Source: a virus
Lineage: Duplodnaviria > Caudoviricetes
Virus record (IMG/VR): IMGVR_UViG_3300011921_000006
Coordinates: 1 to 63,281 of that record
DNA: 63,281 nucleotides
Reading direction: 5' to 3' (one strand)
The notes under the pieces were generated by a model. It saw only the letters and a list, made by a program, of their open reading frames with translations, searched no databases and was not told the DNA's origin. Positions 29,007 through 36,737 of the stretch are shown one piece after another; position 1 is the first letter of the stretch, and each line of letters begins with the position of its first letter. Both the position numbers and the translations under genes were made by a program.

Positions 29007-29269
29007 CCTTCTTGGCCTTCCACATCATCGCCATCAACAAAACAGACAATACTATCAAGCGCTAACATCAAAAAGTCAATCACGAAACGAGCTGGAACCT
29101 TTACTCCGTCGTTACGGAGATTAGCACAGTGCTGAGCAGCTTCAACTAGCGACAGGTTGGTCACATAAGCTGGATCCTCATCCTTACGCTTTACGGACAC
29201 AGAATAGCCAGCTGTAGCACTCTGCTGCACCGTTACTTCACTATCATTACCTTGGGTCAACAAAAACAT
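29003..29269 (-). CDS. Hypothetical protein, first gene of leftward arm
   Basis: GAGGTG RBS before MFLLT; ATGA overlap with dut. Confidence 0.65.
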   Translation of the reverse strand: MFLLTQGNDSEVTVQQSATAGYSVSVKRKDEDPAYVTNLSLVEAAQHCANLRNDGVKVPARFVIDFLMLALDSIVCFVDGDDVEGQEG

Positions 29270-29332
29270 GGCACACCTCAATATATGTATAACATATGGT
29301 ACCACAATTGTATGGGACCCATTTTTCTACGG

Positions 29333-29349
29333 GGAGAAACAGTTTCTCC
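29333..29349. promoter_or_regulatory. Perfect inverted repeat, candidate operator
   Basis: GGAGAAAC-A-GTTTCTCC in the divergent intergenic region. Confidence 0.45.
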
Positions 29350-29418
29350 GGTGGGAGAAATAGTATAGAAAGTAGAGAGAATATATGCGTCGGAGTCACA
29401 ACTAACTACCGATTGAGA

Positions 29419-29467
29419 GGGCAGGGGGTTGCGGGTGGGTGGGGGAGGGGTGGGGGGTGGCCATGGG
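29419..29467 (+). repeat. G-tract, potential G-quadruplex
   Basis: Eight runs of 3-6 G within 49 nt. Confidence 0.8.
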
Positions 29468-29468
29468 C

Positions 29469-29631
29469 TATCTAAGCAACAGCTTTCAGGTGTCACCTCA
29501 TGTGTGTCGGTAGCGTGCAGTTCGCTCCCGGCGGATGCGGACGGGGTGAAGCGGACGGCTTTACCCCGTTCTATTCGTTGCCGTCCGTTTAGTCTGGGTT
29601 ATTTGGGTTCGCTTAGATACTGGGAGGTATC
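29469..29631 (+). promoter_or_regulatory. Structured 5' leader of first early gene
   Basis: Long-range helix 29469-29480/29607-29619, 14-bp inner hairpin, SD-covering hairpin. Confidence 0.5.
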
Positions 29632-29634
29632 ACT

Positions 29635-29976
29635 ATGTCAATGTCAATCGTTCGCGCCTTTATGGCACACGCGCAGGATGCAGGTATCACGGTTACGCGA
29701 GATGCCGCGATTCGGATGAAACAATCCGAGTTAGGCGAGATTCGCGCCGCCCGCATGGGTTTTGATGCCATCGAAGCCGCCCGCGCAAAGTCTGTCAGTG
29801 TATGCAAGAAAGTGGTTACCGACTACTACACTGACGGCTACATCGACTTGGAACACATCGATGCGGCTATGATGGTGCTTGCAGACGCATGGGGCAAGGG
29901 CATCACGAAGGTGGATGTCCCTGAGTCCGTCAAGGTTGCCAATGAGCAACTTCTGGCATGGAGGAAGACCCTCTAG
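29635..29976 (+). CDS. First early gene, hypothetical
   Basis: 113 aa, GGGAGGT RBS, followed by two terminators. Confidence 0.8.
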   Translation: MSMSIVRAFMAHAQDAGITVTRDAAIRMKQSELGEIRAARMGFDAIEAARAKSVSVCKKVVTDYYTDGYIDLEHIDAAMMVLADAWGKGITKVDVPESVKVANEQLLAWRKTL

Positions 29977-29982
29977 CTGGAC

Positions 29983-30016
29983 ACTACCCGGTACACAAAA
30001 CCGGGTAGTTTTTTTT
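29983..30016 (+). terminator. Intrinsic terminator
   Basis: ACTACCCGGT-7nt-ACCGGGTAGT plus T tract. Confidence 0.85.
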
Positions 30017-30029
30017 ATCAAAAATACAT

Positions 30030-30069
30030 TGGGATACTCGTGGCGACGAGTGTCCCATTTCTTTGTTTT
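30030..30069 (+). terminator. Second tandem terminator-like hairpin
   Basis: TGGGATACTCGT-GGCG-ACGAGTGTCCCA plus TTTCTTTGTTTT. Confidence 0.65.
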
Positions 30070-30082
30070 GGAGGAACGCAAC

Positions 30083-30427
30083 ATGTTGTATTCGGCTCTG
30101 GTTTGGATATCTTTTATGAGCGTCTTGTCGCTCTGCATGTTAGTTGAGATGATTCTCACACGTGGTCACGGTGTCATTGCGCGTGACATTTTCATTGGGT
30201 CTTGGGCAGTACTCGTGGTGATTATCATCATGGGTACATACAAGGGCGTGTGGGCATGGGTGAAGCGCAACGCTGTTGTGTTATTCCAGTTATTCGGCTG
30301 GGCATGCATTTGCGGTTTGTTGTACTTTGCGCACACTGTGGCGCAGGCTGACCTTGAGCGTCAGCATCAGGTTGAGTTGGAGAACATCAAGCACGATATG
30401 TTTGTAAATCAGGAGGTGAGCAAGTGA
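30083..30427 (+). CDS. Early membrane protein, three TM segments
   Basis: GGAGG RBS before MLYSALVW. Confidence 0.7.
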   Translation: MLYSALVWISFMSVLSLCMLVEMILTRGHGVIARDIFIGSWAVLVVIIIMGTYKGVWAWVKRNAVVLFQLFGWACICGLLYFAHTVAQADLERQHQVELENIKHDMFVNQEVSK

Positions 30428-30630
30428 TTGGACGTGATGGTTTGATTCGTACCACGTTTTACCGTGGTGTTCGTAGTGTTGGTGGCAAGCGCAAGTTTGT
30501 CACTATCTCGATGGTAGGTGATCGCTCGTTTGAGTTTACGATTGGCAGGTTCTTCCCTGCTGTGCGTGTTGCACACTGGATGGGTGGAACGCTTGAGGAG
30601 TTCATCGATACCACGCTTGAGTGGATGTGA
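30424..30630 (+). CDS. Hypothetical protein
   Basis: AGGAGGT RBS, GTGA overlap. Confidence 0.7.
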   Translation: MIGRDGLIRTTFYRGVRSVGGKRKFVTISMVGDRSFEFTIGRFFPAVRVAHWMGGTLEEFIDTTLEWM

Positions 30631-30635
30631 TGACA

Positions 30636-30661
30636 ACGAGGGGTGCGACTCGCATACGCAC
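30636..30661 (+). repeat. Intergenic pseudoknot motif, copy 1 (diverged)
   Basis: aCGAG-GG-GTGCG-A-CTCG-CATA-CGCAC. Confidence 0.7.
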
Positions 30662-30677
30662 ACAAAAGGAGACTGCG

Positions 30678-30929
30678 ATGGCAGCAAAGAGAATGGTTGG
30701 CAAGTCTAGTGACTTAAAAAGCAACGAGTGGGTGCGGTTGACACCTACTGTTTCCGCCCACTGCACCATGATGTGCGTGGACGATGACGACGATGTGAGC
30801 AACTCCATGTTGCACGATCTGGAACGCGAGCACTTGTCGGACTATGTTGTCCACGTGACGAGTCCAGATGACCGCCTGCTGGCAATGTACAGCGGACGCC
30901 GGTCACGCTCCATTCGGGGCAAGTTCTAG
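30678..30929 (+). CDS. Hypothetical protein
   Basis: AAGGAG RBS before MAAKR. Confidence 0.65.
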   Translation: MAAKRMVGKSSDLKSNEWVRLTPTVSAHCTMMCVDDDDDVSNSMLHDLEREHLSDYVVHVTSPDDRLLAMYSGRRSRSIRGKF

Positions 30930-30937
30930 CGTAGCGT

Positions 30938-30978
30938 GAGGGGGGCGCAAGCCCTCCTCTTTTCTTTTTTTATTTTTT
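30938..30978 (+). terminator. Intrinsic terminator
   Basis: GAGGGGGGC-GCAA-GCCCTCCTC plus long T tract. Confidence 0.85.
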
Positions 30979-31000
30979 GTTTGGGTCAAGGAGTTTAATC

Positions 31001-31576
31001 ATGGAAGATATCAGAGTAAAGTTCGTCGGCAACATCGTTAACGAATCAGGCCAGCTAACCATCGTTGGTCACATCAAGACCATGCTCCTCAAAACGCTGT
31101 ATAAGCGTACTTATTTCTGGAACATCATTAATGGGAAACCATACAAGGATGACTACGAACAGTCTGATGCGCGAATGATGTTCCAGTGTGCTATGGTGTG
31201 CGCACTAAAGCAGAACTGGGACGAAGCCCTCTCGTGGTACACGATGGGCAGTCGGTGCTTCACACTTGACAGTGTGCTGTTTGACGATAACTGCGACATA
31301 CAATGCGACTACGACCATGACGGATGGCAATATGACGTGTCTGTAAATACATGGTTCAACACTATGTATGGATCTAAGCAGGAACTACACATTATTGGGC
31401 ACCTGTGCGTACACTGCCTTCATCGGTGTGACATGACGGGTCACGATGTAGCCGACCGCATGGCGGTGTTGCGTGATGAATGGTTCGAGGTCATTGCTGC
31501 AGAACGTAAACAGATTGCAGCTAGCGAAGCTGCGATCGAGGAGTTTCGCAAATCGTTTTTGGAGTATGACAATTAA
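31001..31576 (+). CDS. Hypothetical protein
   Basis: AAGGAG RBS before MEDIR; CVHC motif. Confidence 0.7.
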   Translation: MEDIRVKFVGNIVNESGQLTIVGHIKTMLLKTLYKRTYFWNIINGKPYKDDYEQSDARMMFQCAMVCALKQNWDEALSWYTMGSRCFTLDSVLFDDNCDIQCDYDHDGWQYDVSVNTWFNTMYGSKQELHIIGHLCVHCLHRCDMTGHDVADRMAVLRDEWFEVIAAERKQIAASEAAIEEFRKSFLEYDN

Positions 31577-31587
31577 AGGAGTTTATT

Positions 31588-31839
31588 GTGTTAATCAGAT
31601 CGCCCGAACAGGCACGACGCATCATGCAGGATATAGCCACGTTAACTCGTGGCCATGTTCGCACACTATCTAACGGTAGACATGACACGTTCATCAAGGT
31701 CACGTCACTTGACGGTGATATCGCACTCTGGTCACACGACCTTGATGACTGCGAGATTGTAGTCATGCGTAACAACGCTAACGTCAAACAATACCTGCTC
31801 AACCTTGAGCAAAAGAGAAAGGCACGGAAATCAATATGA
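31588..31839 (+). CDS. Hypothetical protein
   Basis: AAGGAG RBS, GTG start. Confidence 0.65.
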   Translation: MLIRSPEQARRIMQDIATLTRGHVRTLSNGRHDTFIKVTSLDGDIALWSHDLDDCEIVVMRNNANVKQYLLNLEQKRKARKSI

Positions 31840-32306
31840 GTATTCAAACACGACGCACAGAAGCAATGTCAGTATGTACGGCATATTGCGCATTGCAAAT
31901 CGAACACACAGAGGATTATGAAACAATCACAACCATCCTCTGTGTCTCTGATGATCGAGACGTCGCATGGAAAGTGTTTGTAGGCAACCTGCCTGATGAC
32001 ATCATGGGGTGGCAAAAGCGATATCACCATTGGCATCTGTCTGATTACGAGAAAATCAAACAGATCATCCCAGATATCGAACAGCAGCCATGGGTTATTA
32101 TCGACATCAAGAAACTTGACTGGTGTGATGTCACGCACGTACACATGCATCACAACTGGGATAAGTTTGATGACATGGTAAAGCTTACCTTTGAACAGAA
32201 GGAAGCACTATATGCGCTGTTCGGCGCAGACTGGGACATGACTGGTAGTTCATCCATTCATCTCCAATTCAACAAGGTGGCACTCGTGCCAATTGAAGGA
32301 AAATAA
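31836..32306 (+). CDS. Hypothetical protein
   Basis: 156 aa, ATGA overlap. Confidence 0.65.
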   Translation: MSIQTRRTEAMSVCTAYCALQIEHTEDYETITTILCVSDDRDVAWKVFVGNLPDDIMGWQKRYHHWHLSDYEKIKQIIPDIEQQPWVIIDIKKLDWCDVTHVHMHHNWDKFDDMVKLTFEQKEALYALFGADWDMTGSSSIHLQFNKVALVPIEGK

Positions 32307-32316
32307 CCATCGTAGA

Positions 32317-32418
32317 GGAGGGGTCAAATTTTATACCCCTCCAATTTTTAGAGGGGGGAGGGGTCAGATATTACCCCCCTCATATACATTGAATAATAAT
32401 CAATGTAATACTTATAAT
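32317..32418 (+). promoter_or_regulatory. Repeat/palindrome cluster plus sigma70-like promoter
   Basis: GGAGGGGTCA x2, two 8-bp IRs, TACATTGA-7-TCAATGTA, TTGAAT-18nt-TATAAT. Confidence 0.65.
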
Positions 32419-32442
32419 GTATCTGACACAAGGAGTCTAGTC

Positions 32443-32820
32443 ATGGGTAAATTGAAGTTGACAGTCGAGAGCATCGAAGCATTGAGTGACGCACAGAAGG
32501 CGGCACTCGTGAGAACTGGCATCATCCGCATCGAGCCAACGCAAGCCGAAGAGAATCTTTGGCAGATTGCATTGGTCATGCTTGACCGCACATACATCGC
32601 TGAGTTGCTTGGCTTACAGTTGTCCACGTTCAACACATACATCACTGATGAGTATCGTTGCACCAAAATGAAAGAGAACCTGTTCATTAAACTTGGCACC
32701 GTTATCTCACAACGTGACATCACTGTTGTACATAACATCTACACCAAGCTTAGTAAGCATGTAGAGCAAACACATAACAACAAGGTTGTTGCCGAGTTTA
32801 TCAAGGAACAAGAAGGATAA
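32443..32820 (+). CDS. Putative helix-turn-helix regulator
   Basis: AAGGAG RBS before MGKLK; RTYIAELLGLQLSTFNTYI HTH-like segment. Confidence 0.6.
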   Translation: MGKLKLTVESIEALSDAQKAALVRTGIIRIEPTQAEENLWQIALVMLDRTYIAELLGLQLSTFNTYITDEYRCTKMKENLFIKLGTVISQRDITVVHNIYTKLSKHVEQTHNNKVVAEFIKEQEG

Positions 32821-32824
32821 TTAA

Positions 32825-33136
32825 ATGCTACACATTGGAGACAAAGTGTGCAACGTGCGCCGTCCCGACAAAATCGGGACGGTTGTTTCGTTAGAAGCAC
32901 CGAACAACAAATGGATGACACGACCAGAAGATATGCGCATCATGGTCAAGTATCAACAACTATGCAAGAAGTCAAATGGCACTTGGAAACCCGGCATCAT
33001 TGATGAATTACCTGTAGATCTTCTCCCTCACGGAGAAGATGTACCAGAAGCGTTTAATCAATATAAACGTAGTGGTGATGAAGGTAAGGTTGGTGGACAA
33101 ATAAAACAAAATTCAAGACGGAGACGTAAGTTATGA
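32825..33136 (+). CDS. Hypothetical protein, SH3/KOW-like start
   Basis: LHIGDKV.......IGTVV. Confidence 0.6.
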   Translation: MLHIGDKVCNVRRPDKIGTVVSLEAPNNKWMTRPEDMRIMVKYQQLCKKSNGTWKPGIIDELPVDLLPHGEDVPEAFNQYKRSGDEGKVGGQIKQNSRRRRKL

Positions 33137-33249
33137 CTACCATTTATATATGTACAAGTATAGCCATACTTTCCATCCTATTTCTAATAGGATGGTTTTT
33201 TGGTGAGATTTCAAACTATCAACAACGTATCGATGAGGAAGAAAAGTAA
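33133..33249 (+). CDS. 38-aa single-TM microprotein (not in ORF track)
   Basis: MTTIYICTSIAILSILFLIGWFFGEISNYQQRIDEEEK; ATGA and TAATG overlaps. Confidence 0.6.
   Translation: MTTIYICTSIAILSILFLIGWFFGEISNYQQRIDEEEK
33173..33201 (+). terminator. Intrinsic terminator inside micro-ORF
   Basis: CCATCCTATT-TCT-AATAGGATGG-TTTTTT. Confidence 0.6.
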
Positions 33250-33647
33250 TGCAAAAACAAATTATCAGTGCATGCGAACTTGCACGTAACGTAATCAAAA
33301 CATATGAAAAAGCAGCCGGTGAACTTATCACAGGTGTTGAGTTTCATAACAGTGAGAATGGACGGACTAAGCACCGGATAAACATTAATGGCATGCTGGA
33401 AGTCAAGTTGTACATGCAACATGAACGTATGACACCGGCTCTGTTTTCCATATATGCCACCATTCACGATGGTCAATGGGTACTTAGAACAGTTGGGTAT
33501 TTAGATGAAGTCAATGTTGAATACATGAGTACAACGACTGAGCAAACATATACATTCATGCAACTCAAAGAATGGGTTAACGACTTTGTTGACACGGTGT
33601 ACCAACTTAAAGCAGCTGAAGTACACGGAATTGTAGTTATCCCTTAA
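33249..33647 (+). CDS. Hypothetical protein
   Basis: 132 aa in co-oriented early cluster. Confidence 0.65.
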   Translation: MQKQIISACELARNVIKTYEKAAGELITGVEFHNSENGRTKHRININGMLEVKLYMQHERMTPALFSIYATIHDGQWVLRTVGYLDEVNVEYMSTTTEQTYTFMQLKEWVNDFVDTVYQLKAAEVHGIVVIP

Positions 33648-33653
33648 TTACAT

Positions 33654-33682
33654 GTGAGGGATGCGTCTCACTAACAACGCAT
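33654..33682 (+). repeat. Intergenic pseudoknot motif, copy 2
   Basis: GTGAG-GG-ATGCGT-CTCAC-TAACA-ACGCAT. Confidence 0.85.
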
Positions 33683-33695
33683 GAAAGAGAACACA

Positions 33696-33920
33696 ATGAC
33701 AACAGAAGAAAAGAAAGTTGCCTACTGGAAGTGGGTCAACGATATGGTTTTCATTAACATGATGGCAAACATGGGTCTGAAAAAAAATCTTAGAAGTGAT
33801 TTTCAGTCAGAGCTTCCAGACACTGACGATGTGGAAGTCCAATATCAATTCATGCTCAACTACAACACCAACAAAGCACAAGAATTTAATCGTCAACGTG
33901 CAGAACTACGAGGATATTAA
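33696..33920 (+). CDS. Hypothetical protein
   Basis: Start MTTEEKK after GAAAGAG. Confidence 0.6.
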   Translation: MTTEEKKVAYWKWVNDMVFINMMANMGLKKNLRSDFQSELPDTDDVEVQYQFMLNYNTNKAQEFNRQRAELRGY

Positions 33921-33921
33921 T

Positions 33922-34251
33922 ATGCCACCACTACATCATCACAAACGAATCGTACTTAATTTCGCCTATCTCCATATCCATCCCGGCGGTGGAATAGAGA
34001 AAACCATATTGCTTACACCAAGCTTTCAACGTTTTCTTGATCGCGAGGCACGTCAACACTGTGCTGAGTTGCTTGACTTTATTGATGCTCATGTCCCACA
34101 TGAGTGTCGTAATCGAGAAGGCTTTGATGCTTGGCATATAAATGTACAGCCTACAAAAGAAGAAGAAATTGTATACAAGCAATGGGTTGATTCAATCACA
34201 CCAATTCCACGACAGACAGGATGGGAGATAATAGATACAAGTAATGGCTAG
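33922..34251 (+). CDS. Hypothetical protein
   Basis: GAGGA RBS before MPPLH. Confidence 0.6.
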   Translation: MPPLHHHKRIVLNFAYLHIHPGGGIEKTILLTPSFQRFLDREARQHCAELLDFIDAHVPHECRNREGFDAWHINVQPTKEEEIVYKQWVDSITPIPRQTGWEIIDTSNG

Positions 34252-34492
34252 GTACACCTACCATAATCAAATGCATGACTTTCAGGGCCGAGCAATCGGT
34301 CCTGTTGGTGTCTTTAATAACGCTGCTACTGCAAAAGCAGTTGCTTGCGTTCATGTCTTCTGTCAACCAGAGGTTATGCAAATCAGAATCTCACGTTGCC
34401 TTGAACATACATACGAGTTCAAGCCATACATGATGGTTTACATGAACATCGTGACTAACAAACCAATGACCAGTAGAAGGAAAGTATTTTAA
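34244..34492 (+). CDS. Hypothetical protein
   Basis: 82 aa, overlapping start. Confidence 0.55.
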   Translation: MARYTYHNQMHDFQGRAIGPVGVFNNAATAKAVACVHVFCQPEVMQIRISRCLEHTYEFKPYMMVYMNIVTNKPMTSRRKVF

Positions 34493-34493
34493 A

Positions 34494-34757
34494 ATGAGAT
34501 TTGTACCTGTAGTGCTATACGGATCACTCGTACTTGAAGCACTATTACAAGAACAATTAATAACAAAAGAACATTACGATCATATGTGGGAAAGATTTAA
34601 ATCTATTAGCGACCCTCTTAATTATGTATTAATTGATCTTAATGAGGTAACTCTTAATCTTGAGAAAGTTGAATCAGAAATGATAATCAATTATATAAGA
34701 GCCAGAGAAAACATAACGGACCACGAGTTTTCGTTCAACATCAAAATCGCTATCTAA
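34494..34757 (+). CDS. Hypothetical protein
   Basis: 87 aa, AAGGA RBS. Confidence 0.6.
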   Translation: MRFVPVVLYGSLVLEALLQEQLITKEHYDHMWERFKSISDPLNYVLIDLNEVTLNLEKVESEMIINYIRARENITDHEFSFNIKIAI

Positions 34758-34764
34758 TGTTTGT

Positions 34765-34793
34765 GTGAGGGGTGCGTCTCACTAACAACGCAC
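34765..34793 (+). repeat. Intergenic pseudoknot motif, copy 3
   Basis: GTGAG-GG-GTGCGT-CTCAC-TAACA-ACGCAC. Confidence 0.85.
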
Positions 34794-34809
34794 AGAAAGA
34801 AAAATAATC

Positions 34810-35301
34810 ATGTCTATCGAATTGTACACAAAGTATTTTCGCGAAACTCTTCTCGCTGTTCCTGCTAAAGTAGCAGACGGTACCTTGTACTCGTATGGTG
34901 GTTACCATACAACATCACATACAGATACCGTTGAACTCAACGGGCATTACATATCAATGGAGTACAAGCTGCGTATGGACGTAGCTAATGGTGAAGAGAA
35001 GACTCTTCATCCTATTCCTCTTGTTCAAATTGAACTGACTATGACATTGCGTCCTGATAAGGATAGCCGTGACACATCTTCAATTATGACTAAGGTAATC
35101 AAGGTCGAACTCAATAGTGAGACTCTTGAAGAGCAGATTGATGAGGCGATCCAAACACTGGAGCGCATCATTATAGATGTCAAGTTGCCGACTATTGCCT
35201 TTGACTTCTGGAAGTATGTTGCTACTGCAATGCCAGACTTTGAGAAGCAAGTCAGCAAGACGATTGTGTCTAACTACCAACGTCTGTCACGCAAGGACTA
35301 A
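34810..35301 (+). CDS. Hypothetical protein flanked by two motif copies
   Basis: 163 aa. Confidence 0.7.
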   Translation: MSIELYTKYFRETLLAVPAKVADGTLYSYGGYHTTSHTDTVELNGHYISMEYKLRMDVANGEEKTLHPIPLVQIELTMTLRPDKDSRDTSSIMTKVIKVELNSETLEEQIDEAIQTLERIIIDVKLPTIAFDFWKYVATAMPDFEKQVSKTIVSNYQRLSRKD

Positions 35302-35307
35302 GTAGAT

Positions 35308-35336
35308 GTGAGGGGTGCGACTCACTAACAACGCAC
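35308..35336 (+). repeat. Intergenic pseudoknot motif, copy 4
   Basis: GTGAG-GG-GTGCG-A-CTCAC-TAACAA-CGCAC. Confidence 0.85.
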
Positions 35337-35362
35337 AACTACACATTACAAAGGACAACACA

Positions 35363-35596
35363 ATGTATCGAACATGGTATGAACGCAAAATCAAACTCGA
35401 TGATGGATATCAAGTATCTATTATTTGCAAACAACTGGTTAGTTATGGGGAAGATGAAAAGTTGTTTGAATGCGCTTTGATTGAACCCGATGGCAATGTT
35501 GATGATGAATCAGTAACGGGTTATCTAGACTTTTATCAAGTGGCAGAGTACATCAACAAAGCTAAGGAAAAACATAATGACGACAGGAACAGCTGA
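35363..35596 (+). CDS. Conserved phage hypothetical protein
   Basis: AAGGA RBS; DGYQVSII....SYG....LFECALI. Confidence 0.7.
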   Translation: MYRTWYERKIKLDDGYQVSIICKQLVSYGEDEKLFECALIEPDGNVDDESVTGYLDFYQVAEYINKAKEKHNDDRNS

Positions 35597-35825
35597 ATAT
35601 ATTAGGCATCACGTATATCGTGATTGCCCTAATTACTCGTTTCCACCATGTAAGTATGGACACACAATGTGTTCATGCACAGATCAAGAAGGTGGCCCGT
35701 GTTCTGATGAGTTAGAAGCAGAGAATGATCAAAGAGTTGATGTTTATTATGCAGCTCGCATCATTGATGCCATATACGTCAAGAACAATGACAATTACAC
35801 ACTACTGATTGAGGATGAAGAATAA
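35577..35825 (+). CDS. Cys-rich hypothetical protein
   Basis: PCKYGHTMCS....GGPCSDE. Confidence 0.6.
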   Translation: MTTGTAEYIRHHVYRDCPNYSFPPCKYGHTMCSCTDQEGGPCSDELEAENDQRVDVYYAARIIDAIYVKNNDNYTLLIEDEE

Positions 35826-36070
35826 TGGAACACAAGATTTGTTTAGTCAGCGTTGAGATGTTCAACGCACCCGGCATGCTCCGATGGGCACGTCACTTTT
35901 ACCGCATGACTAACTGCTCCAAGAAAGATAAAAAATATTTCTTGGGTGTCATGGAAGCATGGATACCCGATAAAAAAACAGCCAAGTATTGCCTTGAATG
36001 TCCTGACGATGTCATTGAATGGGACTATGAGGAACGCACGGCTACTATCACAGTAAAGGTAACAAAATGA
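35825..36070 (+). CDS. Hypothetical protein
   Basis: TAATG coupling. Confidence 0.6.
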   Translation: MEHKICLVSVEMFNAPGMLRWARHFYRMTNCSKKDKKYFLGVMEAWIPDKKTAKYCLECPDDVIEWDYEERTATITVKVTK

Positions 36071-36342
36071 AACCAGAAAATCCAGTGACTTATAAGTTTG
36101 AGTATTGGTCAACATACGGTGACTCAACACCTAATCGTCAAGTGCGTTTCTATTTCAAAACGTATCGCAATTCGCCTGATCTTAAAAAAGTCAGGCATCA
36201 ACTTTTTAGTGACATCGGGTGTACTCGCTTACGTCAAGGTATTGAGCAATCGTACGATGGCAATCAATACCGTGTGTTCAGTGAGCGACACTGTATGGTT
36301 GGCTTTGCACATATAGCAACAAAGGATGATGTCAAAATATGA
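36067..36342 (+). CDS. Hypothetical protein
   Basis: ATGA coupling. Confidence 0.6.
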   Translation: MKPENPVTYKFEYWSTYGDSTPNRQVRFYFKTYRNSPDLKKVRHQLFSDIGCTRLRQGIEQSYDGNQYRVFSERHCMVGFAHIATKDDVKI

Positions 36343-36737
36343 GTGACAACATAATGATACAAGCATGGAATGAAATCATGGCAGATGCACAAGAAGCCGA
36401 GGAGTGCATTGTTTCCATGTATAGCATTGAGCCGTATTATGGTGGCCCAGAGGAAGGAGGTTGGTGGGGCAACCTGTACATACTTAGAGAATATGTACGA
36501 TGTAGCAATCGAGATGCAGCAGAGAATCTACGAACAAAACTGCAAGAGAGATGTTCACAGTTAAATTATGAAGCAAAGATAGCAGACGGGGAACACTGCT
36601 TACGTCAGATTGAACGTGCTGATGCACGAGGTGAAGACATTGATGACTATGGTTATGATGGACCAAGTTCATACAATGTAATCATTGAGAAGTTTCCCGG
36701 TGAGAATCAAGTAACAGAAAGATCACACTACGAATAA
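36339..36737 (+). CDS. Conserved acidic phage protein
   Basis: YGGPEEGGWW motif, HYE C-terminus. Confidence 0.7.
   Translation: MSDNIMIQAWNEIMADAQEAEECIVSMYSIEPYYGGPEEGGWWGNLYILREYVRCSNRDAAENLRTKLQERCSQLNYEAKIADGEHCLRQIERADARGEDIDDYGYDGPSSYNVIIEKFPGENQVTERSHYE

Noticed and set aside
29278-29719. Pro-rich and Gly-rich ORFs over the G-tract
   Set aside because: Translation artefacts of the low-complexity tract and structured leader.
32293-32442. N-terminal extension of the HTH ORF; likewise 43016..43114 and 29879..30082
   Set aside because: These stretches are regulatory repeats or hairpins; SD-supported starts lie at 32443, 43115 and 30083.
33654-35336. The 29-nt repeats as a CRISPR array or integron attC sites
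   Set aside because: Spacing is 0.5-3 kb with whole genes between; no cas or integrase gene; no attC core boxes.
30628-35363. Pseudoknots as readthrough/frameshift signals fusing neighbouring genes
   Set aside because: No slippery heptamers seen. In copies 2-4 the downstream reading frame is blocked by a stop inside the motif, and copy 1 follows a double TGA.
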